A DNA stretch of 64,000 bases, taken from NCBI RefSeq assembly GCF_009914755.1, contig NC_060936.1; one strand, given 5' to 3'. Made by a program: the position numbers and the translations under genes. The stretch is from the human T2T-CHM13v2.0 reference genome, Homo sapiens. Below the pieces are notes generated by a model. That model was not told the DNA's origin. It ran no database searches and saw only the letters and a list, made by a program, of their open reading frames with translations. Of this stretch, positions 1 to 10,796 are shown in pieces (position 1 is the first letter of the stretch; the number at the start of each line of letters is the position of its first letter).

Positions 1-309
1 CTTTTTATTATTGCAAAAGACTAAACTTTCTAGATATAAAATCCATAACAGATTTCTGCCATGGTTTATTGTACAATTTTACTCCCACTTCTAAAAAGAT
101 CAAAATTCTTCAAGAGTTTACCTTATATCAATGTTTCCCAAAATGTGTTCCTCACTAACAGGTATTTTAAAAGGAAAGTTCTATGGTAAAATGTACTTGC
201 GAAATACTAGGTTAAACTAAGTTCACTAGGTTTCTTGACTGAAGGAACTAAAAAAGTACTTCCATATTTTCTCACAGGTAAAATAAAAGTCTTATTGAAA
301 AACAAATCT

Positions 310-418
310 GGCTGAGCACAGTGGCTCATGCCTCTAACCCCAGCACTCTAAAAGGCTGAGATGGGAGGATCACTTGAGCCCAGGAGTTCGAAACCAGCCT
401 GGGCATCATAGAGAGAGG
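310..418 (+). mobile_element. Alu left monomer (FLAM-like)
   Basis: ggctgagcacagtggctcatgcct...ccagcctgggca. Confidence 0.85.
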
Positions 419-2107
419 CTCTCTCCTAATTAATTAATTAAATATCTATTTACTTTACATCAAAAAATTCATAGGTGGAACTTAAATCTAAATAAAACTT
501 TTATCTCTATTTCTCATCTCCCGAAAACCTAGCAATGCTTCTGTGGAGTAAAGAATAACACTTTCAATTTTGACAACTACTACTTGAATAATCCGTAAAA
601 GAGATTGGGCAAATAAAGTTTCTCTTTCCTCAAGAAAAAAAAAAAAAAAAGGCCATATAATTTATTAAGGGTGGTTTACCAAAGGGATAGAAACGAATAT
701 TAAAGAAAGGAATATAAAACATCATATAAGTAGATCATGTCAGTGACATAATCTAGTGTTCAGATTAGCAGAATTAAGTCATATCTGAACACATATGGAG
801 AGAATTCTTCATACTTCTTGCTTTTCCCAAAACAGAAACCATACTAATGGCAGTCGCAAGTGAATAGGAAAGCCAAAGATGATAATGCTTTGGCTGCTTA
901 CTTTGTACACAAGGTAGAGAAGTACTCTCATAAACTTAAGTAACTGCTACTTCGAGGACAGGCGATATAGATGTACTGCCAACTCAGGACTGACAAGGTT
1001 GTAAATGAAAACTATAGTTCTCTACACCTTTACTGTTAATTCCATGAAGTTTATTTAGTAATCTATGTCCAATGTGTAAATGTGTCCAAAATTTTAAGAA
1101 TGTTTAAATGCATATCTGAAAACACAAATTTTATCCAAACTAATTCAAAATGGTTTTCACTGCTTAATATTTTTTTCCCTTAAAGTGAGATGGTTTTTAA
1201 AGATTCTTGGTACAGACAATAAAGTCACAGGCACAACATACAAGTAAAATCTTATTATATCGAATTTCAAGGGAACCCACATTTTTCTGTTGATGTGAAT
1301 TCCAGAATGGTAATTTCATTATAAGCAAGCATATTCCTCTTGTGAAAAACTCTGTAGAGAACATAATAATGGGACAGGGAAAAAGAGCATTCTGGCCTAA
1401 AAAAAATGGTAAGTGGACACACACACACAGCTTCACTCTGACCCTCTTCAACGTTTTCAGTCTTTTATTATATTTGGTTTTAATAGCTGATTTGAATGTT
1501 TAGGTGGGCCTTTTGGTGGCAGTTGTAGGTTTGCCTGCAAGGTGCGAGAGTAGTTGGAAGGTAACTGCTGCTTGATAGAGCATGAAGCAAAAAATGAGCT
1601 AAAGCCTCATCATTGCTTAGTTCAGCTCTGCTCTCTTCAGCCTTCTCTAGGTAAACAGTGCATACACAGATACTGTCAGCATAAGGAGGGAAAAGTCTAG
1701 AAAATAAATCGTACCAACCTCTAGAGGAGAAATACTTTAGTTTTATGAAATGTATCCTTTTTACAGGTATTTACTCTTTCACCTTTTTTCCCCCAAATGC
1801 TAGTGTAATATAGAACATGTAAAAGAAAATTCTGTAAATGCTTATAGCTTCCAAATCAGACATAATGAAAGCTATAGAACTATGTCTTAAAATTACTGAC
1901 ATGACATATATAACATGCACCATATTAGTTAGTAGAAAAAAGAACATGAGTCTCACAGTGCTATTAAATAAAAAAAAAACTTTGCATTACGAAAAGAAAA
2001 ACGCTGTCAACATTTGCTAAGATTAAATAAAATTTAAATGACCAAGATTAAAACTAGAAAGCTATCAATACAAGAAATAGGCTCTCACACATTTTTCAGA
2101 AACATAC

Positions 2108-2140
2108 CCGCCTTCTACAGAACCTATGAGGCGATCCTCC
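2108..2140 (-). CDS. C2CD5: C2CD5 alternative 33-nt microexon (GGSPHRFCRRR)
   Basis: cattgctaag|GGAGGA...AGGCGG|gtatgt; phase 0 to 0, stop-free; upstream (TC)n/poly-T tract. Confidence 0.75.
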
Positions 2141-2754
2141 CTTAGCAATGAAGTTTATTTAAAAAAAAAAAAGAGAGAGAGAGAAATCATCCAAAAACTG
2201 TAACTGCTTATTTTCCCAATGAACAAATATAGCTAAATCTCAAACTTACAATAACTGAAATAGATGCATTATACTGAATAACCACATTATTTATATTAAT
2301 CTTTAGAAATATAGAATCTGTACATTTCTTATTCCTAAGAGATTGGTCAATGATAAAAGTAATCTCAGCAAATAAATATATTTATATTCTAAGGAATTAT
2401 TTTTAATATAATAAAATGCTACTGGAATTTTTTTTCTGCAAAATGTTTACCATCTCCTTTCCAATGATAAACGTAATGGAAAATTACTTCAGCATTCAAT
2501 AGGTATTATCAAAAATAGTATTTCTGATAAAAGATTAAACAAGACAAAAATTATTATTACGTAATTATTCCAAATCAACAGTAATTATCCATAAACAAAT
2601 TACTTTGACACCTTAAATCCATTTTGGACTTCAAAACTGCAATATTATAGATATGTAACCAAAACAGTTCATGAAAACATGCAAGTACATGGAAGCATAA
2701 GATAACAAAGTCATATTAACAGTGTAAGAACAAAGAATATCAAGTGAATCTTAC

Positions 2755-2840
2755 CCTCTGTTCCAACGCTGATTGAGTCTGTTGTCTTAAAAGAGCTTTA
2801 AAGGGCCCCCCTTCTTTTCCAGCACTACCACTTCCCATTC
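2755..2840 (-). CDS. C2CD5: C2CD5 exon 9 (86 nt)
   Basis: ttctgtag|GAATGG...CAGAGG|gtaaga; (G)MGSGSAGKEGGPFKALLRQQTQSALEQR; ends in phase 0. Confidence 0.95.
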
Positions 2841-4419
2841 CTACAGAACATCAGTACATAAATAACAACCAAAAAAGCAACTATAGAAACAAAGTTTAAT
2901 TGCATTCATCTTCATAAACATCATGAGTTGAAATGTGATAAAATGATCGAAACATTTAAAGCACTGGGGATGACAAATAAAGCACATATTTTACTCTACT
3001 TTTATTCACAGTTTTCTTTAGATGCAACATGTCAGAGCCCTACTGACCCCAGCTAGTTTTGGACTTAATTTTTTCAGAAAATTATAAGAAAAAGTATGTA
3101 AAGGTGATGAATCTTTGCATAATATTCCATTTTAAAAGCTGAGTCTTTTAATTAAAATAATCAAGATAATAACAATTACTATGCTAACAATTTAAGAATA
3201 CTAACAAATGAGAAATATAAAATGTCTGATTAAATGTAAATATAGAGACAAAAGCACTACTTGTGCTCACTGAAAATATTCCAAAATTCTCTAGAAAACA
3301 TAAAATTCAGGTGAGTCTGAAATATAGTCAAATCTATTTTCTTATAACTTCCCATTTCTAAACATATCATGACAAAACAGTATTAATTTCATACATGTCA
3401 ACGCTCATTCACAAAAATCAACATAAACTTTTTTTAAGTAAACAAAAAACCACAGACATGTAATAGACACATCACAAATGTACATAGTTATGAATGAAAG
3501 AATTATCTTTCCCAAGCTCTTACATGTATTTTTTACGGCTTAATTTTAAATTTCTTTCCCTACCTTATTTTATTGTTCTGACCATGCCAGTAGATCAACT
3601 ATGGTCAAACAATCATAGAAAGCAGGGGACAGGTAAGAAGCCAGTGCTCTACAGACTAGAGTTAATCCCATCCCTTTCAAAACGTAAGATGCATACAGCC
3701 AAATTTACCACAACGACTTAAAAAGGAACTAATTAACTTTTACATTTTTAGCTGTTCTTGGATAAGGAAACAAAGGTTAGCATATGTATAGTCCCATTCT
3801 GTTCCTAAAAACAAAAAAATGGTTTTTCTTATAGTAATCTGAACATTATTTTTAGAGACTATACAATACTAAACATAGAAATGAAACTAAGATCTTTATA
3901 CGAAGCATATTAAAAGCCAGAAAATAAAATGTAAATTTGTAGTGATAATTGAAATATCAGAAAATAGAGCAGAAAAATTTAATAATTAATGCAACAGACA
4001 GAAAAAAAGATAATAAAAGAATATCACCAAAATGAGACTTAAACTGATTCAAACAGAATAATTTACTAATGTAATCATATGGTTTAGCAACATGATGACA
4101 CAGGTCCAATGTGAATGGAGTTGGTATGAAGGGAAAGAAAGTAAAGCATCTAAAACAGAAACTGTAGTAATAAGAATCTAATAATATTAGAAATACCCAG
4201 ATCTATGTCCTTATATAATTTTTTAATATATAAAATAATTTGGCAGAATATTCATGATTAGCCATCAAGTAATCCTCAATTATATCCTTATAATTCCAAT
4301 TATTTAACTCTGACTACCAGTAAGAAAAATAATAGAAAGGCATCTTGTATAAAATACCCAATAATTTTTTACAGCATGAAAAATAAAGGGATTAAAAAGC
4401 TGACATAATGTGATCCTAC

Positions 4420-4611
4420 CAGAAGCAGCCAGGAACAGCTCTTCACTGAAAGAAACACTTTTCCTCAGAACTGGGCTGACAAGGCTAGAATGATGAGGGG
4501 TAAGGCTAGATTCCGAGAGGAGGAGACAGGACTTTTTAAGATGAAGGGAACCACAAGAGAGAGAGGGGGAGCTGGGACACAGGTAAATCCTAGGTCCCTG
4601 TGGGTAAGGTG
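4420..4611 (-). CDS. C2CD5: candidate 192-nt symmetric cassette exon of C2CD5
   Basis: cttttctctgctactttcctccacag|CACC...TTCTG|gtagga; 64 codons with no stop in the required phase 1 (APYPQGPRIYLCPSSPSL...SPVLRKSVSFSEELFLAAS); GC-richer than its AT-rich intron. Confidence 0.6.
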
Positions 4612-7446
4612 CTGTGGAGGAAAGTAGCAGAGAAAAGATGCAGATTCAGAAGATGATCAGAAAATGCAGGCTAAGGAAAGCAATGATGAGGCAAAATATA
4701 ACAATAAAAATGAACTTTAAAATGTACAGACAAATTACACTAAGCAAATGAGAAGTCACTAGCAAGACCATCTATCCCACGTAATGAAAATAACAGGCAT
4801 AGTCTAAAACTTAACAAAACCTTTACAAACTTCACATTCATTAAATTTTTTTAAATCACTAACTTAGGATTTTATGTGATTCTAATAACTTTTAATTAAT
4901 GTCTTCAAAATACTTAACTTGCCTGCCCTTTTTGGCTTAAGAATTTGTAAGATTCAAATGTACCCCATTTTCAAATTTTTAGAGCCAGACTTGCTGCCTA
5001 AAATATAAACACTTATTTAAAGTTATAAAGGTGCAGTACTTCAAATGTTACTAACTAAAAGATAGCATCAATGGGCACTTTAATTGAATATCCATAAAAA
5101 ATACTCAGTACTGGATTAGGTAAACAGTTGTCAGTATTAATTTTAATATTAACTTCTGTCCAGTTTTGAGATATATATTAATACTTTTCTTTTTCCTCTA
5201 AAATGTTTAATACTTTACTCTGATCATAGTATTATTTGCATTTACAGAGACGTGAGTACCCTAAGGGTCAAATACCCTCTATAAAAACTATACATAGTTA
5301 AAAGACTGGCTAAAAAAAATTAGCTAAAATCAGGTGTCAAATCAATATTCTAACACTAGTAAATCTAAAATTCCACTATTAGTTAAATACTTGGGAAAAA
5401 ATATAAAAATAAAACCTTGTAAATGTCAAAAATTAGTATCTACAGAAATATAAAATTTTTTAAAAGAGACCTACCAGAAATACAGATAATGTAGCTTTAA
5501 CTACAAACAGAAAAAAAAAAAAACAACTTTCTCAGTCTAAATGTTATTAACTTTATTCTACTTTTGGATTCCCAAATAAATTATAATCAGCTTATCTCTG
5601 TCCATTATTTCTCAAGACACTGATTCTGATATAGGTAAATCAGAAGGCAGAAAATCATGAAATACAGGCTGAAATTATAGTTTTAGAATTTTTATAACAA
5701 TCACAATTTTGCCATTTGAAGTCTCCATGAGAAATAGGAGTGCTCCTCAGGACAATTTAGAGATATTTAGGGACTCATAATATAAGGCCAAGGGGCTGAA
5801 AACTGCTAATATTATATAAATAAACTATTGAAGTAATAAATAATTTTAGGAAAAAAATTATTTAGAGGTAGCTTATAAATATAGGAATACATGAGAATAA
5901 CACCCCATTTGAGAATAAATTTTTTTAAACTAAAAATTTGGAGCCAGAAGATAAAATATGACAAGTTCATTGATATTTATTCCTTGACAATCTTCTTTAG
6001 GCTTGGCCTTTTTGGTAAATTAAAAAAAAAAGAAACAAGAAACAAGAAACAGAAAGACCAAGGAAATGCTTTCCAAACTTTATCTGTGGTATGGCAAAAA
6101 AAATAAAATAATAATAATAATAACAATAAATAAATAAAGGCCTGGAATATGCAGTCTGTGGACCAAAGTCTCAAAAATATTTTTTTAAACTTATTACTCA
6201 AATAGTAATGTAAGTCTTTCTTGTCTTGATTGTCATGAATTTTAAGGCCAGAGCCTCTTACTCTTTATCTGAAAAAAAAAATCTTTTTTCACTACAATCT
6301 GGATGGTTCCATTTTTATGGCATAAACCTCGTAAGGTGCCAAATTCCAAAGCATCCATTACTGTCAAATAACTACATTATTTGTAGACATTATTCACAAT
6401 TATCTAGAAAGATGAAGCTGTTATCTTCAAGAAAACAGGTGTTTATAATTATCTTTATATTTTACGACTTCATTTATAAAAACAGAAATTAAATCTATAG
6501 GCTTTTTAAAAAATGATCTTTCCTTAGAAGTAGCACTGCTTTGGATTTAGACTTCTTTTCCTTGTTTTCACAAAATCTAGGATTGTTTTATAAATTTCTT
6601 TTCTAACATACATATAGGGCTACTAAAAATATTAACTAAAAATAACAAATAAGAACTATGTTTTAATCATCTGATGGGAAAACTGTCAGACAAAAATACT
6701 ATTTATAAAAATTTCATCACTATTAAGTTTTTAAATTTATTTTAAATTTTTCTAAACAATAATAATTTAATGATTTAAATAAGTTAATTCTATTCTAAGG
6801 TATAAAGAACTAATCTGATTTTTCATCAACTTTTTATCATAAAACATATTCATAAAAACCCAGAAATCATTCATCAAAATACAATAGAAAATACAAATTT
6901 AATGAACAGAAAAATTTAAGAATAAGTAAAAATGCTATTTTCTAACCTAGAAAGACTAGTAAAACCAAACATTTTAAATACCCAGTTAATAAATAGATAG
7001 ATGTACTCTAATATAACCATTTCAGTGGTTTAAAGTTTTTTCATAATAAAATCTTAGAATTATATTCACTAATAGGCAGAAATAATAAATTCAAAAATGC
7101 TTGTATGCAATTGATTGCAAGCCACTAGTGTTACTTTTTAGTCAAAATGTTTTAAGATGTTATTCCTTTTAATTCGAGCATAAAATGAAAAATGTCTACA
7201 TGCCAAAATAAATCGTGGACTTTGATATCTACACTATGATTAAATCAATGAAATGTAAACAAGATAATTTCTGAATTATACAAAATTTTCATATTTTAAT
7301 TGCAGTAACTGAAAATGGTCAGTATTCACATTTTCTTTTTAACTTAAGTGCCAAAAACAAGAGGAAAGATTTGGATGGAAAGCTAATAAGAAATAGAAAC
7401 AAATTTTTAAAAAAGAAAAAATAAAAGGTGGGTGGAAGCGCCTTAC

Positions 7447-7598
7447 CAGTTTTGGGTGTCAAACTCAAATCTGTGTCAGAAGAAGAGGACTGTCGACTGT
7501 AGGACTTGGAAGGTGAAAAGGAATAAGTTTGGTTTTTCAGAGGGGTTGAGGGTCCTGATGAGTGAGTATTGGGATTGGGATCTTCATTGAAGGGAATC
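7447..7598 (-). CDS. C2CD5: C2CD5 exon 8 (152 nt), Ser/Pro-rich linker
   Basis: ttcttctggcag|GATTCC...ACTG|gtaagg; IPFNEDPNPNTHSSGPSTPLKNQTYSFSPSKSYSRQSSSSDTDLSLTPKT(G). Confidence 0.95.
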
Positions 7599-8126
7599 CT
7601 GCCAGAAGAAGGTGGAGAAATATTAAGTAATCATGTGCCAAAGGACTTGACAGGTGGCAGCATGATCCAAACACCAGGAAAGAATTGGGGCAGGGCCAGC
7701 AGTCATTTCTTACGTGTGGAGCTGGGAATGAGGCCAAAGACAACCAATTGCTGTTTAACCATTCATCACTCTCCAGATAAATATTATCTGCATTGAAACA
7801 GTTAATAAGCCAAGTGAAAAAGCAAAAAAGCATGAAATGACAGACTAAGGGGATAAAAAATATCAAAAGGAGAAATAAAAAGAATATATGACAAAATATT
7901 TTCAAATAAACAATGCTGTAAGTTACAAAAGAAAAATGGTAACTACAAATGGTGTGTGTAAATATTCATAATTGTTTTTATATTTGCACACACACAGATA
8001 TCCTCAAAAGAAAAAAATGTTTCCTTATCCTATAGCAGCAAGAGTGCCACAGCTAAAAACACAGCAGAGAGAAAAATGAATACAGCTACACAGAAACATT
8101 GCATTTAATGCAGAATAGTTGCTTAC

Positions 8127-8166
8127 CTGTTCTCCAATAGCTCTCTTCCACAGAATGAAATAGGAC
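8127..8166 (-). CDS. C2CD5: candidate 40-nt alternative exon of C2CD5
   Basis: tacagtag|GTCCTA...AACAG|gtaagc; after 8a it reads GPISFCGRELLEN(R) and ends in phase 2, in frame with exon 8. Confidence 0.55.
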
Positions 8167-8575
8167 CTACTGTAATAGGTTTTGTATATAAAGAAAATAA
8201 GCAAATTGGAAGCTTTGGCAGCTATTTCATTTAGAATCTAATCATCAATTTTATTTTTAAACAAATGCAGAAATAATTATAAAAATATATATGGGAGGAT
8301 TCGCCACAAAATTCACAGTACACACATACAAAATAGCATTATTTGAGGATCTGTGGAAGAGACTTTGGAAGCTGGAAGAATACCTTCACTTCCATATAGT
8401 TAGAGACTCTGTGGCAGCTAAATACAGAAGTTCCTCACTGCAGCTGGACTTCGAGTAAGAAAAGGATGAAGCAAAGATTTATGGTACCTGCCTACACTAC
8501 CTGCCTGCCTGCCTCTGCAGCCACTCTGCCCGTGGCCTGCATCTCCCCAGCTCTGGAGTCTGAGCAGTCTCGTAC

Positions 8576-8700
8576 CAGTATAGATGAGAGTGGGAACAGA
8601 CACAGAGAAGTTCTGAGTAAGTCGTGAGCCAGTAGCAGTGTGAATTGGGCTGTTGTGAGTCGAGCGGCATCCATGGCTTGGAGGATGAACCAGCGGAGAC
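8576..8700 (-). CDS. C2CD5: C2CD5 alternative exon '8a' (125 nt)
   Basis: Long pyrimidine tract ...ccctcag|GTCTCC...TACTG|gtacga; SPLVHPPSHGCRSTHNSPIHTATGSRLTQNFSVSVPTLIYT(G); phase 2 to 1, like exon 8. Confidence 0.8.
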
Positions 8701-10783
8701 CTGAGGGAATTTGTGGTCAAAGTGGAAGAAAAGAAAACAATACATACAACAGATTGCAGAGTTATGTTAAAATAATTTCAAAGGAGCTTTAGTCAGGGAA
8801 GAGAACTTATTTTTTTAATCCCTAGCATGCAAAAAACAAGTTGAAATTGAAAAATAGCTAAATATTAATTTGTTAGGATACATAGTTTTAAAGTATCCGA
8901 TTAATAAATTAATTGTGATTAATTTATTAATTGTGAATAAGAAAATAGCAAGCAGAATAGTCAATGAAATTAAATGAGAACAAGACTAAGATCTGTATTT
9001 TAAGTTTCCTTAACATATTTGTCATTATTTTCATCACAATAGAACTTACTATGCACTATTTATGGGGAGGGACGCCCATAAAAGTAAAAAGTCAAATATA
9101 AAGTTCTTATATTACCTTTGAAACTGAGATATGAATTGCTGATATAATTAATTATATTTTCTATAAAGAAAGTTAAATAACTGTCTAGGCTACTAAGATA
9201 GGGGTATTTAAGAATATGAGAGATGATGGCACAAAGAGAAATGAGTGAACTGATTGGATATACGCAGATAAACATATTCCAGTATTTCAATACACCAAAT
9301 ATATAGCTTAAAATCAGGTTACACTGGAAACAAAACAAGGGGACCTTGCTTTTAAAGACATCTTCATAAAACAATGTCAATAACTTTGGCTCTCATACAG
9401 AATATATCATATAAACTATATTCCAAATCAAAATTTTATAAGATATCAACATATATCCTATAATAAACCATATCTATGTGTGTGTATACTTAGAGCAGTT
9501 ATACAAGTATATATTGATATATAAGATTTGAAATTTTTAAGAAAAAATTTGGCTAAAAGGATTACATTGAATGTTGTAAAAAGGTATACTACATAAATAA
9601 GAATCCTGAATTTAATATCAGCAATTATTTCACTGTGCAATGCCTTTGCTTACACACAATGAGGGAAACAGAATCATATGAATCATATGTGAGTACACTC
9701 TGAAAAACTATCATCCCCATTTTTTAGAACGCAAATTAAAGGCAGGCAAAGAGCCCAACTTTACCTGATCTTTTCTTTCTTTTCCATTGCTATATTACTG
9801 ACTGCCCAGGAACATTCCCCAATTCACAATTTGTCAAGGTTCTAACATGAGCTATCACTAACTGATCATAATAGTCCTTCCTAAGGTCTACAGACTACTT
9901 TATGAAAATATTACTGATTTTGCAATAGGAGAACTGTTTCTACGTTTGTTGCTAATAGAAATTAAAAGGTATTTACTATAATGGATAAAAATCAAACAAT
10001 TCATTGGTGATCTACTTTTACACCAAAAAATGAGTAAGGTTTTGTTTTTGTTTTTATTTCTCCACTGAAGTGAGAAAAAGTATAAGAATTCTCAAAAAGA
10101 ATTAAAAAATCCAAGACTTAAAAATAAACAATGCTATATTTATTATAATCAGTAGTATACACAGGAGAATTTGTCTCGTAGTACTTTTTTTAAGTAAAGA
10201 AGCAATAACTCATACTTAAAAGCACTTTCTATTGTCAAGAGAGTTAAGCTGGAAAACACCAAAGGGATTTATAGTGTGCATGACACTAAACATCAAAAAG
10301 AAAAAAACTTAGGAAGTAGAACACACCATTAATGTAGGTAAAATAAAATGAAAAAACTAAAATGAACAGTGTAAAATGTTCAAACTATGGCATCAAATTA
10401 AAATTCAAATACACTGGAACATCACCATAATGTACTCTTGGAGTTTTCTGATTCGATCAGTCTCTCTGCATGAAAGGATGCCTCATAATAACCTGTGGTA
10501 TTTATAATATTAATATTCCTTTCCAGTCAGTCAATAACATAATCTAAACCACCTTTTATCAAATTCCTGTCTAGAATCAACAATATTACATAATTAAATA
10601 CCAGAATAGTTATAATCAGCTGAATCATAAAATAGGCTTTGAAATAGAACCCAAATTGCTTCATTCTCAAAAAATACAATGAAGCCAGTTGAAATAAAAC
10701 AGCCTGAGTATTGAGGGTTTTTAAAAAATAACTTGACTTAATTAGTAAGATGCCTTTTAGAAAATCCTAAGGAAGGAACTTAC

Positions 10784-10796
10784 GTCCATCATGAGG
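10784..10796 (-). CDS. C2CD5: candidate 13-nt alternative microexon of C2CD5
   Basis: tttctccttttctaatcttgttgtag|CCTCATGATGGAC|gtaagt: strong polypyrimidine tract, ctaat branch-point-like motif, consensus donor. Confidence 0.5.

Noticed and set aside
1480-1660. Plus-strand splice-like signals (ctctcttcagccttctctag; GAAG|gtaact) suggesting an antisense exon
   Set aside because: Isolated motifs with no linked promoter or further exons identifiable from sequence.
7537-7905. 122-aa hydrophobic ORF that looks like a membrane peptide
   Set aside because: It has a non-ATG start, its Phe/Leu-rich N-terminus is a translated polypyrimidine tract, and it overlaps exon 8 out of frame. Only the 7714-7787 part is kept as an exon candidate.
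9760-9900. Minus-strand donor-like CAG|gtaaag at 9765
   Set aside because: No convincing upstream acceptor or pyrimidine tract.
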